Assembly: GCA_964106645.2 (NCBI GenBank)
Contig: OZ067046.1
DNA length: 64,000 bases
Source of the DNA: Podarcis pityusensis
Taxonomy: Eukaryota
Reading direction: 5' to 3' (one strand)
Below are positions 48,501 to 62,001 of this stretch, in pieces; positions within the stretch are counted from its first letter, which is position 1; each line of letters starts with the position of its first letter. Position numbers and translations under genes: made by a program. The notes beneath the pieces were generated by a model, which was not told where the DNA came from, did not search any database, and was given only the letters and a program-made list of their open reading frames with translations.

Positions 48501-50258
48501 TTTTTGTTTTTGTTTTTTTAAAATAGTATTCTTTAGCTTTAGCTTTACCAAGTTACACTGCATTTAACTTCATGGCTAATTCCAGCAGTAGAGAAAAGAG
48601 TTTTGAAGTCTGTATCAATACATTAGAAACAAAATTAATATATATTTTCATGTAGCTGTGATTGCCAATCTTAATTTATATAGTACATGCAATTACCTTT
48701 CTCATTAGCTTCAATGGTATGTGGATTGCTTCATAAGCATGCACATATTTAATTTTGCATCATTTACATGTTAAACCTAAAATTCTACAGATGAGAACCT
48801 TCACAATAAGTCTTATCCATGACATAAATAGTTCTATAGTTGTGACCTATAGTTGTGATCAATGCACTTTTTTCAAATAAAATCTGTTTAGCAGAGTCAA
48901 GGAAGGCTTCACAACAAAATGGTAGTACAGTATCTTTCCATTTCAACTTGGGGCTGAGTAAGTGACTGGACAAAAGAAAAACTTCTCAGGCCAGTGCCTA
49001 GAACTCATGGACCAATGGAGGTAATTGCGAGACAAATACTCATTGCCATAATCCTTATCATGGGATTCTCAGGCAAATATATTATATTGTCTGAACAGTG
49101 AAACAAGGAAAACGGTATCCAATTCTGGGGTACCATTCCTAAAATGTATTTGCTTGAAAAGCCCAATCCAGGAATAATTCTGTGAGAGGAAATGTATGTG
49201 TGTGCATGTGTGAATATACTGTAAAAATACTAGCTAACTAGCTTGATACTTGATGTTATCTGCTGTATTCAATACCAAGGATGTTAGTATTTTTACATTA
49301 TACATGCTTCATCTCCATAAAAGATTATACTAAAGTCATCAGCTGTGACATTTTCAGTTCAGCCAGTCATGAGGCACATGCAGTGCATGCGAAATACATA
49401 CACCAGGCCATGCACCAGAGAAGTAACTCACAATATGAAAGAAAAGGGGGGCGGGGGGAGGACAGAAGCAAGTTCCTGTATTTTTTCTTGTAACTTAATC
49501 AAACTTGTCAGGCAGAACGGTTCCTCCTTTTTCCCTGCATGCTGCTGCTAAAGGGCTCCCAACCCCTCCAGAACCAATTTCAGGGAATGTAAAAGGGAGG
49601 AAAGGGAAAATCCCTGTTGCAGAAGCCCTTGCACAGGGCTTCCATTAGTTGACTCCTGCCCCTAGTACTAAAATCCTATCAAAATAACCTCATCTACCCT
49701 AAATGGTATGGTGAGCTCAACAAAAACGGGAAAATCTATTATCTAGTGTGAGGATTAAAGCTTGCATTTGGTGAACAGTCAGAGAGTCTGATCTACCGGG
49801 GATTTGAAAAATGAAGAACCTATTGAGGCAGTGATCCCTCGTGCTTCTACTTTGCCTATATGCTATATTAAAAAAAATGGCCAAGTATTTCTTCAGTATA
49901 AAACTGACTCAGCTTACAAATGAAAGATCCTGCCCACCCCTCTAAAAGTTCTGCAGCAGTGAAATAACAAATAACTGTTACACCTTCTACCAGCTTCCTC
50001 CACCAACCCCTTCATTGATCCTCCTTCCAAATCAGCTATAGAGTAAAACTGGAGTCCTCTTGGTGAGGGTGCTGGTAATAAGTCACAGCTGCATCCTCTC
50101 CTCTTACCTAAGGCTTCCCCCCAGGCAACCTTAAAACAGTTTCTTATCAACTCTGAACATTTTGGTTTTAATTTAACGCTGTGCATCATTTCTTGTAGTG
50201 AATGCTGCTTTCACATAGATTTAATACTTCAGAAGTATAATACATTTAGAGTACATAC

Positions 50259-50297
50259 AGCATTAGTAGAACTGTGGTATCCATAAAGCTGGAGATG
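50259..50297 (-). CDS. MICU3: MICU3 coding exon 8 (HLQLYGYHSSTNA, 39 nt, frame-preserving)
   Basis: ATCAG acceptor, GCT|GTATGT donor; homologous to human RLQLYGYHSPTNS. Confidence 0.9.
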
Positions 50298-50859
50298 CTG
50301 ATATAGTAAAGAAGAGTGAAATGAAGAGTTGCATTTCAAAATGAAGCCAGGATAAAAAGAAAAGATAACAGTAGGTTAGGGCATAACAACTTCCATTGTA
50401 CTTGTTATGAAATACGGTTTTACTTAAAGATAAGTCTTTGTTTAAAATTAAACAAGTTCAACAGTATTTTTAAAATTAAAATGTTCTTAAGATTTTTAAA
50501 AAGCAGGTCATCAAAACAAACTATTGTCACCACAGCAATAGGATTATCAAAAATGAACGACTGAAAAGAGTTCCACCCACAACAGAATTCCAACAGAAAC
50601 CAGGATTCCAACAGGGCAGAAGCATTGCTGTAGTAAGCCCAGTTTTCTGTAGGAACCACTTTTTGGCTGGTTCTGCAGCTGCTCTAGAAATAACAAACCA
50701 GAACAAGGGAAGACATCATTTTTGCCTCCTCTTCAAGCACCTTATCCCCCCCCCTTATGAATTGCTGCCTATGAAGTATCTTGAAGCAATTTCACAATAA
50801 AATGAAAACCATATACAAAACAATTACATATATAATAACAATTTCAAATAAATTCACAG

Positions 50860-52235
50860 ACTGATGGGGATTTAAAAAAACTCTACTTGTTAAAAGTCTT
50901 CAACAGGTGCCGAAAAGAAAACAACAGTGGCACTTGTCTGAAATGTAATGGAACGGAGTTCCAAAGATGGGTACCGCTACACTAAAGGCCTGCTTCTGAC
51001 ATGATGTGGAATGGACCTCCTGATAAGATGGTATCTGCAGGCTGTCCTTTTCTGCAGGGTACAGTGATCAGTTGGGTGTGTAAGGGATGAGATGATATTT
51101 TAAGTATCCTGGTCACAAGCTGTATAGAGCTTTTCAAGGTACCAGCACCTTGAAAACAGCTCCATCGCTAATTGCCAATCTGTACAATTATTTCAGGAGC
51201 AGGTGATAGCCTGCCCCAGGAGCAGCTGAGCAGCCACATTTTGCACTAGCCACATTTTGCACCTCAAGGACAGGCCACATAAAGTGCATTGTAGAGGTCC
51301 AATCTACAGGTTACCAGCACACCTTTGTACAGCTTTCTGGGTCATGTGGCCAGCATGACTGGGACAGAGCAACGGGAGCTCACCCCGTCACGTGGATTTG
51401 AACCGCTGACCTTCCGATCGGCAAGCCCAAGAGACTCAGTGGTTTAGACCACAGCGCCACCCACATCCCTATAGCATATAAACAACAGCTGTCAGGCAAT
51501 CCTGGTCCAGAAACAGCTGTAGCTGTCTTAGCAGCTGAAGCTGGAAAAAGGCACTCCTAGCTACTGGGGTCACCTGGGCCTCTAGTGACAAAGATGGATC
51601 CAGGAGCACCCCCAGACTATGAACCTGCTCCTTCAGGGAAAGCAGGGCCCCATTCAAAGCAGGAAACTGACCAATTACCCAGACTCAAGAGCTGCTTGCC
51701 ACAGCACCTACGCTTTGCCAGGATTCAGGGTCAGTTGGTCCACCATCAGCCCACCCCCAGGCCTAGGGCTTGAACAGCCTCTCCTGATACAGATGTTACA
51801 GAGATATACAGCTGGGTATCATCAGTATACTGTTGAAACCTTGCCCCCAATCTCCTAATGGCTCCATATAGATGTTGAATATCATTGTGGACAAGCACAA
51901 CTGACAGGTGTCTAAAATATATTCTCAATGCTATTCTCTGAAACTGACCTTGGAGATTGGCCCAGAACCACCGTAAAACAGTGTTCACAATGCCCACCTC
52001 ACAAAGTCAGTTCACGAGGATACTATGGTTAATTGTATCAAATCCCCTGTGATATCAAGTAATGATTACAGGGTTGACCTCCTCCTTTCCTTCTGTCAAT
52101 AAAAGTCATCCATCAGGGCAATCAAGGTTGATTAAGTCCCACAACTGGCTCTGCAAATGGATTGGAATGGGTTAAGGCAATCTGTCTCATTCAAAGGGTA
52201 CTTGTAATTGTTGTACTACAACGTCCTCAATTGCC
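50860..52235 (-). mobile_element. Decayed L2-clade LINE ORF2/3' fragment
   Basis: QQYTDDTQLYIS (YADD-like) and VHSLGVLLDPSLSLEAQVTPVARSAFFQLQLLRQL in minus ORFs 51746..51997 and 51469..51657. Confidence 0.85.
51322..51470 (-). mobile_element. Internally deleted Sauria SINE nested in the L2 fragment
   Basis: 5' head GGGATGTGGGTGGCGCTGTGGTCTAAACCACTGAG joined directly to the AGTCATGCTGGCCACATGACCC core. Confidence 0.8.
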
Positions 52236-52930
52236 TTCTCCAAACAGGGCAGTAGTAATCACAATCTGGTGTAGGCCTTTTCAGGGGTGGGCTTATGAGA
52301 TAGGAAGGTCTACCACAGCCCCTGGGCTGTGCAAGATCCCTCCCCTCCCATGTGAATGACTCTGACCTAGTGATGTGGTGTGTGTTTTTACCTTTCCCTC
52401 ACTAATCTGAAGGTTTTGGTCAAGGGATGCAGAGTGCCACCCACATCCTAGGAGATGTGTCCTCAGATGCAGAGAAAGTAGGAACAGTAAGACTTGCTAG
52501 ATCAGAATCCTCTGCACCCAGCAGTCTCTGATCCAAAGACTGGTTTTTTTTTCCTCTTCCCCTTGCTGGATCTGAGTGTAGCAAGCCTGAACGATTTTCA
52601 TTAAACATTCAAAAGTTGGGGTGGAATGGAATTAAAATAATTCTGATCACTGCCACAGCTAGCAGAGTGGAACCCAGTGGTTCTGCCCATTCTTATGAAT
52701 GACTTTACATTTCTTTGATTGGGATACCAGTACTCCCACCTCTCTCTAAATGTCTCACTTTCAGTTAAAGTTTCAGAGAATGAAGCTATATGTTCATCAT
52801 AATAGAAAATATGTACTTCTGATTATTACTGTAAACTTAACATTCTCTGTGCAGTATCTGAGATAATAGAGCTCCAATAATCATGTGAAGAAAACCAGAA
52901 AGTCCACAGGTTTCTTTCATCAATACTTAC

Positions 52931-53002
52931 CAACATAGCACGTTTCTCTTCATCTCCTCTTCTTTCTTTCTTTTCATTTTTCTTTCTGAATATGTCTTGC
53001 AG
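52931..53002 (-). CDS. MICU3: MICU3 coding exon 7 (LQDIFRKKNEKKERRGDEEKRAML)
   Basis: Contained in ORF 52826..53068; TTGCAG acceptor, TTG|GTAAGT donor, 72 nt. Confidence 0.94.
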
Positions 53003-55578
53003 CTGCAAAAAAAGCCAATTGTGTTCCCTACAGTCGTTCCTCTGTCTTAGGATATTTACAGACATCACACACTAATGCCTCAAGGCACTATCTAACAAAA
53101 GTTATATGCAGTGAGGCTTATCTGCAACTGACTTTTGTTGGATTGTACCCTTAATATTTAAACTTATTTTTAACAAACATAATGGAGTTTTTAATACACA
53201 TTTTCTCCTCCTGAGTCCCACCTTCATCTCTAGATAGAAGCAAGTGCAATGCTGTGATGTATGTCCCAATTGACACAAACTTATCCTACTCTCGCTGTGT
53301 GCTATCTGTGCAACTGTGAATGTAGGAAAGACACTATAAAAACCAATGGAGAGATTGAGCAACAGATACAATTTAAGTAGTCAGAAACAGAGCTGAAAGT
53401 TCTGCAGTGGATTTTGTTATCAGCAGGCAACTAGACTAACATGATCTATAGCTCCTTACATACTTGGACTGATAGGCACCTATCTCCAATAATAAAGCTA
53501 CCTGAATGTGCCCACCAAAGCATGGTTCACTGGTCCAATCCAATCCAATCCAAGCCTTCATTGCAAATTGTGACTCCATGAAGAGATAATGAGCCATAGA
53601 GCCAATTCAAATGCTCAGAAAAAGAATATTGCTCCCCTTGGAATTTTACAACTTTAGAATGCAGGATGAGGTTTCATGTTTGATTGTTCCCTTCATCAAA
53701 AATTTCCCACATATAGAAAGCTATTACCTTAGGGAGAAGGATCTAGCCTAGACTTCTTCCTGGCATATTAGTTTTCCAAGCACAGAGAATGTGGGAAGCC
53801 TTCAAACATGCAAAACCCCATCTGCATTCTGAAGTAGCACAGTCCCAGGAGACTATACAATATATTCTTCTTGAACATTTGAAATACCTCAGATTGGCGT
53901 AAACTAAAAAGTAAGGTCAATCCATCATGAAATGGTAAGGAGAGTGTTGGTAATTGAAAAAGCAGAAAGATCTTTTTTAAAACCTCCAATTCATGCTTTG
54001 ATTTCCTCTACACCAGATACGGGGAGGAAGATCTTGTTGCACTCATCAATAAGGCTCATTTGATCTTCTGGAAATGAACCTTTTGTGCAGAAGAAGTGCT
54101 ACAGGATACCAAAGAGTACGACAGTGAACATGAATTAATCTGAGAGCACTTTTCATAGGAACATTGTCTGAAACAAAATAATGGGATTGACTGTTGAAAG
54201 CAGAAAGGACAAAACAACATCTCTTGTATCAAGGGAACAAAATCCCTCTGTTCTCTGACCTCAAACCTATGACATAAGCAAACAGGATTTTTTAAATAAA
54301 AAAAAGTCTGTAAAGCATTTGATGACTTGGTTTGGATAATTTTTGGTGTGGTGTTGTATACAGGAAAAACTGGGTGTTGTAAGCTCTTCCTTGTCACGTT
54401 TCATGTTCTTTATGCAATGGGACCTAATAAAGGGCAGCACCATTGCCTTAATTAGACTGGTTTTATTTACATGAGAACTCACTTAAGAGTCTGCTTGGCC
54501 TTTCAGTAACTCTTAGTATTACAGATGAATGTTAAAATAGCAGCTTGAGGGCATATTAAACACTCAGTTTTTCTTTAGAATAGATATTAAGGATTTTTGC
54601 CCATTCATACTTTACTATTTTATTTTTTTTAGTAAAGTCTTTTCTAACACAGATGGTAGTGTGGTTCTTGCTCTGAAAGGTTGGTCACAATTCACAAGGC
54701 TTATACCATAGAACAGGTGTAGGGAATCTGTAGTGCGCCATATGTTGCTGAACTACAACCTCCCACCAGCCTCAGCAAGCATGGGCAATGGACAGGATGA
54801 GAGTTCTAACAACATCTGGAGGGTCAAAGATTACCCAAACCTGCCATGGAGATTTTTTAAAAAAGTTTTCATTTGTTGTCATCATATTGCTACTGCATAA
54901 CCAACTCATGAAACAACAGCACAGTGTCATTTCTCCCTTAATGACTGATATTATAATACCCATGCATGTAATGATCAACAACCCCTTCTTTCCATCTCCA
55001 AACTGCCACATCTCCAAACTGTTACCATGGATTGTAGCTTAACTAGGTGGTACCCACCATGTAGTTATCCAATCTGTGAAAAACAGGAGAAATTTCTCAT
55101 TTTCATTTCTCTCTTTTTACCTTCTTGTTTTTCAGTCTCAAGTGTTTCTCTTTTCACCCACATTTCCCAACTCTCTCCCCCCTCCGCCACACACTTCACC
55201 TCCTCTGTGAAGCATGTGCTGTTTGCTTTATCACCACAACCACAAGAGTGTACCATGCACATGGTTGCTAGGTAACCACCCACATGGTTCCTTAGTGCCC
55301 CCTTTTCATAGTGGGGCCACATACTGTAGCTGGAGTATCCACCTGGGAAAAGTCACAATGAGTAACTGGGAAACAAATTGTTGTAGAGTGTACATGCTTT
55401 GAGGGTGGGATACAAAGGCTTGTTCGGACAATCTAGTTGCTGACTCTTGAATCAGAGGGATTTCCCTCCGATTTACAATTTCACAACTTTTACTTAAAAG
55501 TTTTTTGCTACGACATACATAAATACAACAAACACACCCTTAAGAAGCTGGTAAAAGGGCAATGTATAACATACGCAC

Positions 55579-55661
55579 CACCAAAAACTCTTTTTTGTCC
55601 ACCATCTCATTTCCATCTGTATCAAACATGTTGAAAGCTATTCGAAAACCAGCATGTGGCT
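55579..55661 (-). CDS. MICU3: MICU3 coding exon 6 (KPHAGFRIAFNMFDTDGNEMVDKKEFLV; EF-hand 1)
   Basis: GGCAG acceptor, GTG|GTGCGT donor, 83 nt, canonical EF loop DTDGNEMVDKKE. Confidence 0.95.
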
Positions 55662-55909
55662 CTGCCAAAGGAAAAAAAAGAGGGGAAAGGTGTAACAGAG
55701 TAAAGCAATTTAAAAGGATACACCTGGGGTGATGGGCTGCAGACAGGGTTCAGTTCACCTCACTTCTGCTGTTAAAATCAGACTGCCTAAAATCAGACAT
55801 ATACTACATGACTGTGACAATTTTGTGTTTAAACATACATAATGTTTGGTTTCTACTTTGACCCATAGCTGTGGGCCAGTTCCAGTCAGCATGGCAACAA
55901 GGCCATGTA

Positions 55910-56135
55910 CAGTGGTACTTCTGGTTGAGTACTTAATTCGTTCCGGAGGTCCGTTTTTAACCTGAAACTGTTCTTAACCTGAAGCACCACTTTAGCTAAT
56001 GGGGCCTCCCGCTGCCGGAGCACAATTTCTGTTCCTGAAGCAAAGTTCTTAACCCGAGGTACTATTTCTGGGTTAGCGGAGTCTGTAACCTGAAGTGTAT
56101 GTTACCTGAAGCGTATGTAACCCAAGGTACCACTA
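55910..56135. mobile_element. Tigger-like MITE family C
   Basis: TA|CAGTGGTACTT ... AAGGTACCACTA|TA; repeated TAACCTGAAG subterminal motifs. Confidence 0.8.
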
Positions 56136-56954
56136 TAATCTGAAACCAACACCCCATCCCAACCACTTGAAAAGTATTGAGAGTCTTCACACACATGTAA
56201 GCTATGTCACTTTGTAGATTTGCCACTGCAGATCAGCTAAATGAAGTTCATGGACCACTTGTGGTCTATGGGTCACATTCTGGAAACCCTTGCTCAAATC
56301 ATAAAGACCACGTACCAACTTGGTGTTTTTTATCAGTTCTTGCAGCACTATTTCATGACAGGACCCTCGGCTGTTGTGCAGAGGAGGTGGAATCTTAGGT
56401 CTTCACATAATTCCTAGGAACCTCCACGGTAACATGCAATTTTTGAAAGCAGTTCACTAATGAGTTTTTGACAGCAGCACCCCATTCATTTAGATAGGGG
56501 GTGTATTGCATCAGTTTGAGGAGTGGGAATCTTTCAAACAAAAAATGCCACACATGTATTCTAAGTTGAAATGGGATAGTCACATGGAAGATTGTATCAC
56601 GTATGTACTGGAACCAGCCCTTCAACTGGGATTGAAAGGAAGACGTTGAAACTTATTTTGGTATTGCCTCCTACCACTTCTACTGTGGTAACCGATTGAA
56701 ATAGTAACAGACTTATTTATCAGAAGAATGAATATGGAAAAGAACATGTTCAGTACTGCTTCCAGGACAGTGATTTAAGTTGTCTTTTGTACTTTTGTAC
56801 TGAATTATTCCAGTAATGTTTCATCATGGGCAGATAAGAACAAATTGCAAATTATGAGTTTTCCCCTTCCACAAAAATATTGACTTATTTTAATGAGCAT
56901 CAAATGGAATGAAATGTACAAATATAGGATATAAATTTTACTTTGAACACTTAC

Positions 56955-57002
56955 TTGTTAAGATACATAATAGAAACAGATATTCTGTGTAAGAAATCAC
57001 AC
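56955..57002 (-). CDS. MICU3: MICU3 coding exon 5 (GVISYTEYLFLLCILT)
   Basis: TTTCAG acceptor, A|GTAAGT donor, 48 nt. Confidence 0.94.
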
Positions 57003-58245
57003 CTGAAAAGAGCAAGGCAACAAATCACTGAAATTATTCCTGCAGTCATAGATTAATAGCCATAGAGTAAATAATGGGGGATTGCCCATATCATAGTCCC
57101 TTTCTATGGCAACTCTACAAACACACTAGAACTCCTTCATCTGCAAGAAGCCTCTCTTGGCTAATGAGTTATGCTAGATATATAACCATTTATTTAAGAA
57201 CATAAGAACCTTCCCCCTCTGTTTCTCTGATGTACCTCTCCCGCCACAGAATTTTGCTTCTTTAGAGAAACATACAAATCAAATTTTAAAGTACACTATT
57301 TTGGCAAGTAAGTACTCAAAATGGGTTACATCGATTTGACTTCTGCCTAATCACATTTTTCTTCTTTATTAATGCCTCTGTCATAACTAATTTCAACACC
57401 TTATTACAAATACCTTTTATATAAATTACTTGGAAAGAAAGCAACATGCTTGCCCAGATTCAAGTGTACTGAAACTTAACATACATTTCAGCTTAAAAGA
57501 GCATGAACCACATGAACTTATTGCTCAACACTCCAAACCCTCAAAAGTGGATTGCAAAATCTGACAACTGTTAGAAAGTCTTTTTCTTTTACCTCCCATA
57601 TGCTCACTGCCACAAAAATAAAAAAGTCAAGTTGCACAACTAATCTAGCCTGCTCATTTAAGCCATCACACTTATGGCATTTAATTTTTTTCACTGAAAG
57701 TCTCAGTCACCTAACGATTAATGATCTTTCCACATCATGCTTATTCATCCTATTTATTCATTGCACCACAAACAATGTTGTTCACTCTCCTTCAGACCAT
57801 TTGCCTCCAAAGGGCAGGGCTTACCCTGGCTAGATAGGCCTGCACACACAAAGGCCCCCTGACTTTAAAATGTTCTATTTAAGTCACTTTACTGGAGACC
57901 AATGAATGAAAGCGGCTCTTGTGAAGTAGGTCAGGCAGACAAGAACACAGCTATCTAGGAAATCTTGAACACATTTCTGCTTTTTGTCAGTACTAGTATA
58001 TTGAATCCTATAGACAGATAGTTCTGGATGACTGCTCTTGCTGTTCTGGGAGAGAGATTCTGGAAAAGTTGCAGGCAACAGAGAAAAATCCTGTGGGCAA
58101 ATTACAGCTCAGTCTGCTGAAGGCAGTACTATTCGTTTAGGTACAAGTTATTGAGGTGGCAATATAATCAGCACAAAACAGTAATAGCTAGTGTGAGGGA
58201 AGATTCTAAAAAGGTAAAGGGCAATCTAAGGCTTAAGGTAAATAC

Positions 58246-58772
58246 TGTTGTGAGTTTGTGGGTGCCAGATTCCCCTGTGTTATGAGTTTCTGGGTGCCAG
58301 ACACGGAATTCAGCCCATGGTAAAATATAAGGCAGGCCAGTTTCCTGATGAGGAAATCACCTGGAGTGATGGGCCATTAGGAAAACAAAAGGAAGGTGAT
58401 GAGCCATTAGGGAAGTGAAAGAGAAGGGGCTCTGTGCCAGACAGCAAATGAGAGGGGCCCCTCTCTTAATTCAAGAATCAGTTGTAGCACAAAGTGGGAA
58501 TTTGAGGGCAGAGTTTGCTATGATGTGACATAGAGGCTGTAAAACAACAGAAAAAGCCATGCCTGATTTCTGCTTGAATCAAAGGCTTCAGCTATGGGAG
58601 AAACAAGACCCATTTTGGGGTATTGATGCTGTGATCCCCTCCATCGTAGGCTCAGGTTGCATATATGTGTAAATAAACCACATATCCTAAAGACACTGCA
58701 GATTCCACTGTGCCTCATTTTCAAAGGAAACACAAAGCCTGGGTAAGAACCTGGAACTCCTGGAATCTCACA
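58246..58772 (+). mobile_element. Probable solo LTR
   Basis: TG(TGAG)...(CTCA)CA termini, AATAAA near 58672, duplicated 5' end; no TSD found. Confidence 0.45.
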
Positions 58773-58799
58773 TTCTAGAAGACATATATTCCTCTGTAC

Positions 58800-58878
58800 C
58801 TTTCTCTTGGAGGTTACGAAAGAGTTTTGACGACCCTTTCCAAACTGGTGGAGTTTCTACAAGTATTTGATTCAATTC
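58800..58878 (-). CDS. MICU3: MICU3 coding exon 4 (ELNQILVETPPVWKGSSKLFRNLQEK)
   Basis: TTACAG acceptor, G|GTACAG donor, 79 nt. Confidence 0.94.
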
Positions 58879-59137
58879 CTGTAAAACAGTAATTAAAAGA
58901 AAGTCGACTATCTATGTGATAAAAAGGCTCAATAAGGCTGCAATCCTCTACAAACCTACCTGAAAGCAAGTACCCTTGAACTCAATGGAACTTACTTCTT
59001 AGTAGATATATGCCATATTACACTACAGAGAGGAAAGAACTGGATTAAATCCCATGGTACAAGATACTGGAAAGTCTAGGTTATAACAGCATGCAAACGT
59101 TTAATAAAGTAGAATGATGGAATGCAGATTACATATA

Positions 59138-59359
59138 CAGTTGTATCTCGGTTCTCGAACGCCCCAGAACTCGTATGTTTTGGCTTCTGAACGATCAAAA
59201 ACCGTAAGTGAGTGTTCCGGTTTTGAAACATTCTTTTGGAAGCCGAACGTCCGATGGGGCTTCTGCGGCTTCTGATTGGCTGCAGGAGCAGAAGTTGAAC
59301 GTTTCGGAAGTCAAACGGACTTCCGGAACGGATTCTGTTCAACTTCCGAGGTACGACTG
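59138..59359. mobile_element. Tigger-like MITE family A
   Basis: TA|CAGTTGTATCTCGG ... CCGAGGTACGACTG|TA. Confidence 0.85.
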
Positions 59360-59724
59360 TAATAAAAATATGCATTCACATCATTCACATCAACAATATG
59401 AATTGGCTAGCATTATAATCTACATAAAATGAAAATGAGGGAGCAGCTTGCCTAAAGTCACCAATCTGAGTTACATCTGAGCTGGGAATTGAAAGAAGGG
59501 CCCTCAGCTTTTGACTCTTCATCACTACACCACACCAGTTCACCCAATACTGAATACTTTAATGTCAATCTCTTCACACCTATGAGCTATTTATACAATT
59601 CAAGCAAAGGGAAGTGCTTCAGACATTCCTCTCAAAATATAAAGTAACTGTAGATAGTACACATACAACAATTACACACACTGAGGCAAATCCTAATTCT
59701 TTGTTGTGCAGAATTGAAGCTCAC

Positions 59725-59756
59725 CTGTTTTGAAAGAGACTTCCATTTTCTTGTCC
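59725..59756 (-). CDS. MICU3: MICU3 coding exon 3 (RTRKWKSLSKQ)
   Basis: TTTTAG acceptor, CAG|GTGAGC donor, 32 nt, phase consistent. Confidence 0.9.
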
Positions 59757-60625
59757 CTAAAATGAATACAGAAATAATTACTCACACAAAATTTTCTACA
59801 GCACAAGAACACAGAAGCTGTCCTATCGACTGAGCAGATGGCTGTTCCATCTAGTTCTGCACTGTCTACACTGACTGGCGTTGGCTCTCCAAGGTTTCAG
59901 GCAAGAGTTTTCCTCAGTCCTACCTGAAGACATCAGGGATAGAATCCGGGACTGCACTGGCTGCACAGATTATTACTGCAAAGCAAAATATTGGTCATTT
60001 TTTTAAGCTGGTGCTAGGTCAGGGGTTGCTAACTTGTGACGCTCCTGGTGTTGCTGAACTACAACTCCAATCATCTCTGATCATTGGTCATGCTGTGTGG
60101 GGCAGATGGCAGTTAAAGTCCAACAGCAACATGGAGGCCCACAAGTTCCCCATCTCTACTAGAGAAGGTTTCAAAATCGCAGGAGATTTTATACCACCCT
60201 ATCATTTTTGTTTATATAAACCATTTTTAGACTGCAACTCAAAACAACTAACAATTAATTTAGAAACACCAGTTAGATCAAAGCAACAATCAAGGAAACG
60301 AAACCAGGTTATTAAATAAGCAAAAAAAAATGTAACTCATCCGGGCACCTTAAGAACTGCCTTCTCCAATATGACCATCCCAAGACCTGAAAACCTATTT
60401 GGAAGCCCTTGTTTGCGTCCTCATGCCTTCAATGGTGAGGTGGCAGGTGACATAATCACCCTTGCTGTTGTGATGCCTGACTGCATGACCCCAGACTGAG
60501 ACCCCAAAGTCTGGCCGCAACTGCACCATTGGTAGCACTCCCCTTTGAAATGCCTTGACCAGGAAAGTTAGCCTGGAACTGTCTCTTGTCTTTTATTGCA
60601 ATGTGTTGCTTTTATATTATGCTTA

Positions 60626-60672
60626 CTTTATTATTATTATTATTAGTATTAGTAGTAGTAGTAGTAGTAGTA
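60626..60672. repeat. Compound (TTA)n(GTA)n microsatellite at the tail of a decayed L2-like fragment (~60340-60625)
   Basis: Direct reading. Confidence 0.85.
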
Positions 60673-61847
60673 ATTCATAAGTTTGAGTTTCAACAGGCTG
60701 AACAGCAGAACAGAAATCAACCAAATGTACAAAACAAAAAGCAACAAAATTCAAACCCCAATTGCTGAAAAGAGACATTTTACTTCCTATCCAGAATGCA
60801 AAAAAGAAAAAGTGGGTTTCCAAATATTCAAAAGCAAATGGTTTTAGGCTTCCAGATCTTAGGAATTATAACTACAAAGGCCCATACTGCCACTTTTCTC
60901 TTTCACTATGATGGAACACCAAGCAATGCTTGCTGACCTACGCTCAATTGGAGCATGAGCTAATATAGGGAAAAGCAGCCTTTCAGGTTTGTGGATCCCA
61001 GGCCATGTAAAGGCTTTAAAGGATTAAAATCAGCACTTTAAATTGAGCCCAGAAGCAGATAAGTTACCAGTCAATTCTTTAGTGTTAATAGTTTTTCTAT
61101 ACAAAAAAGTAAAAAAGAGTTATTACTGTTTAAATGACTTTTGCGACCTTACTCTTCTTTCAAATTGCTTCTCAAAGTCCACCTTTTCCACACAGCCTTT
61201 GACTTATCCCTTTAATCCTCATTCCCTTCTTTAATCATATTCCTCCCTCCCTACTCTTGTCTCTTCTCTCCTACTTTTGGTTGCTTTCCCTATTGCTTAT
61301 TTTAGATTTCAAGAACCCTAGGGAGAGTGTTCTGACTAGTTTTCCCATGGAAAATGCATCATACAAACAATAACATCAGCTTAAAAGTATTTTGCATAGT
61401 AAATTTTAGTGTGCCTAAAAGGGACCATGAAACCAATATTATTTCTATTTTAAATTTTTACCCTTGATTTCACAAAGCTCAATGGTTTAAAGTTTGAAAA
61501 TATCAGTACCAATATACAATTGTAAATACTTGGGATACCTAAGTGAGCCCACACAAAAGGGAAGCTATGCTTTAATCAAAAAACTGGAAGACTGCATATG
61601 AACATCCAGTGTAGCAAACACATTGGTGGTGGATGCAGAGGAAATTGATCAAAACATCAAACAAAGGCAGTTATAGAAGCAGTACACACAGATAAATTTA
61701 TGTATTTATTCACACATACCTAGATTGAGTGCTCAGGCGGTGAGGGTTGGCTTCTTACTAAAATGCTAGTCTAGCTCAATAAAATTCTGGAGATATTTGT
61801 AATGACTCAGAAACCACACTCAGAAAACAACAACAAACTATACTTAC

Positions 61848-62001
61848 TCTTTGGTTCGTCATTTGAAACAGACTGAATGAAGTCATATGGTGTCATAAAG
61901 AGCTGCCCTTCAAATTCTAAACTGGCAAACATGCGAAATCGCTGCTCCCGGGAAGTTGCATAAAGATCCAACTCTTGAAGATCTGGTCTGCTTTCTGCAC
62001 C
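61848..62001 (-). CDS. MICU3: MICU3 coding exon 2 (GAESRPDLQELDLYATSREQRFRMFASLEFEGQLFMTPYDFIQSVSNDEPK); exon 1 outside window
   Basis: AAAAG acceptor, A|GTAAGT donor, 154 nt; matches MICU3 ATSRE.RFR.FAS.E.EGQLFMTPYDF. Confidence 0.93.
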
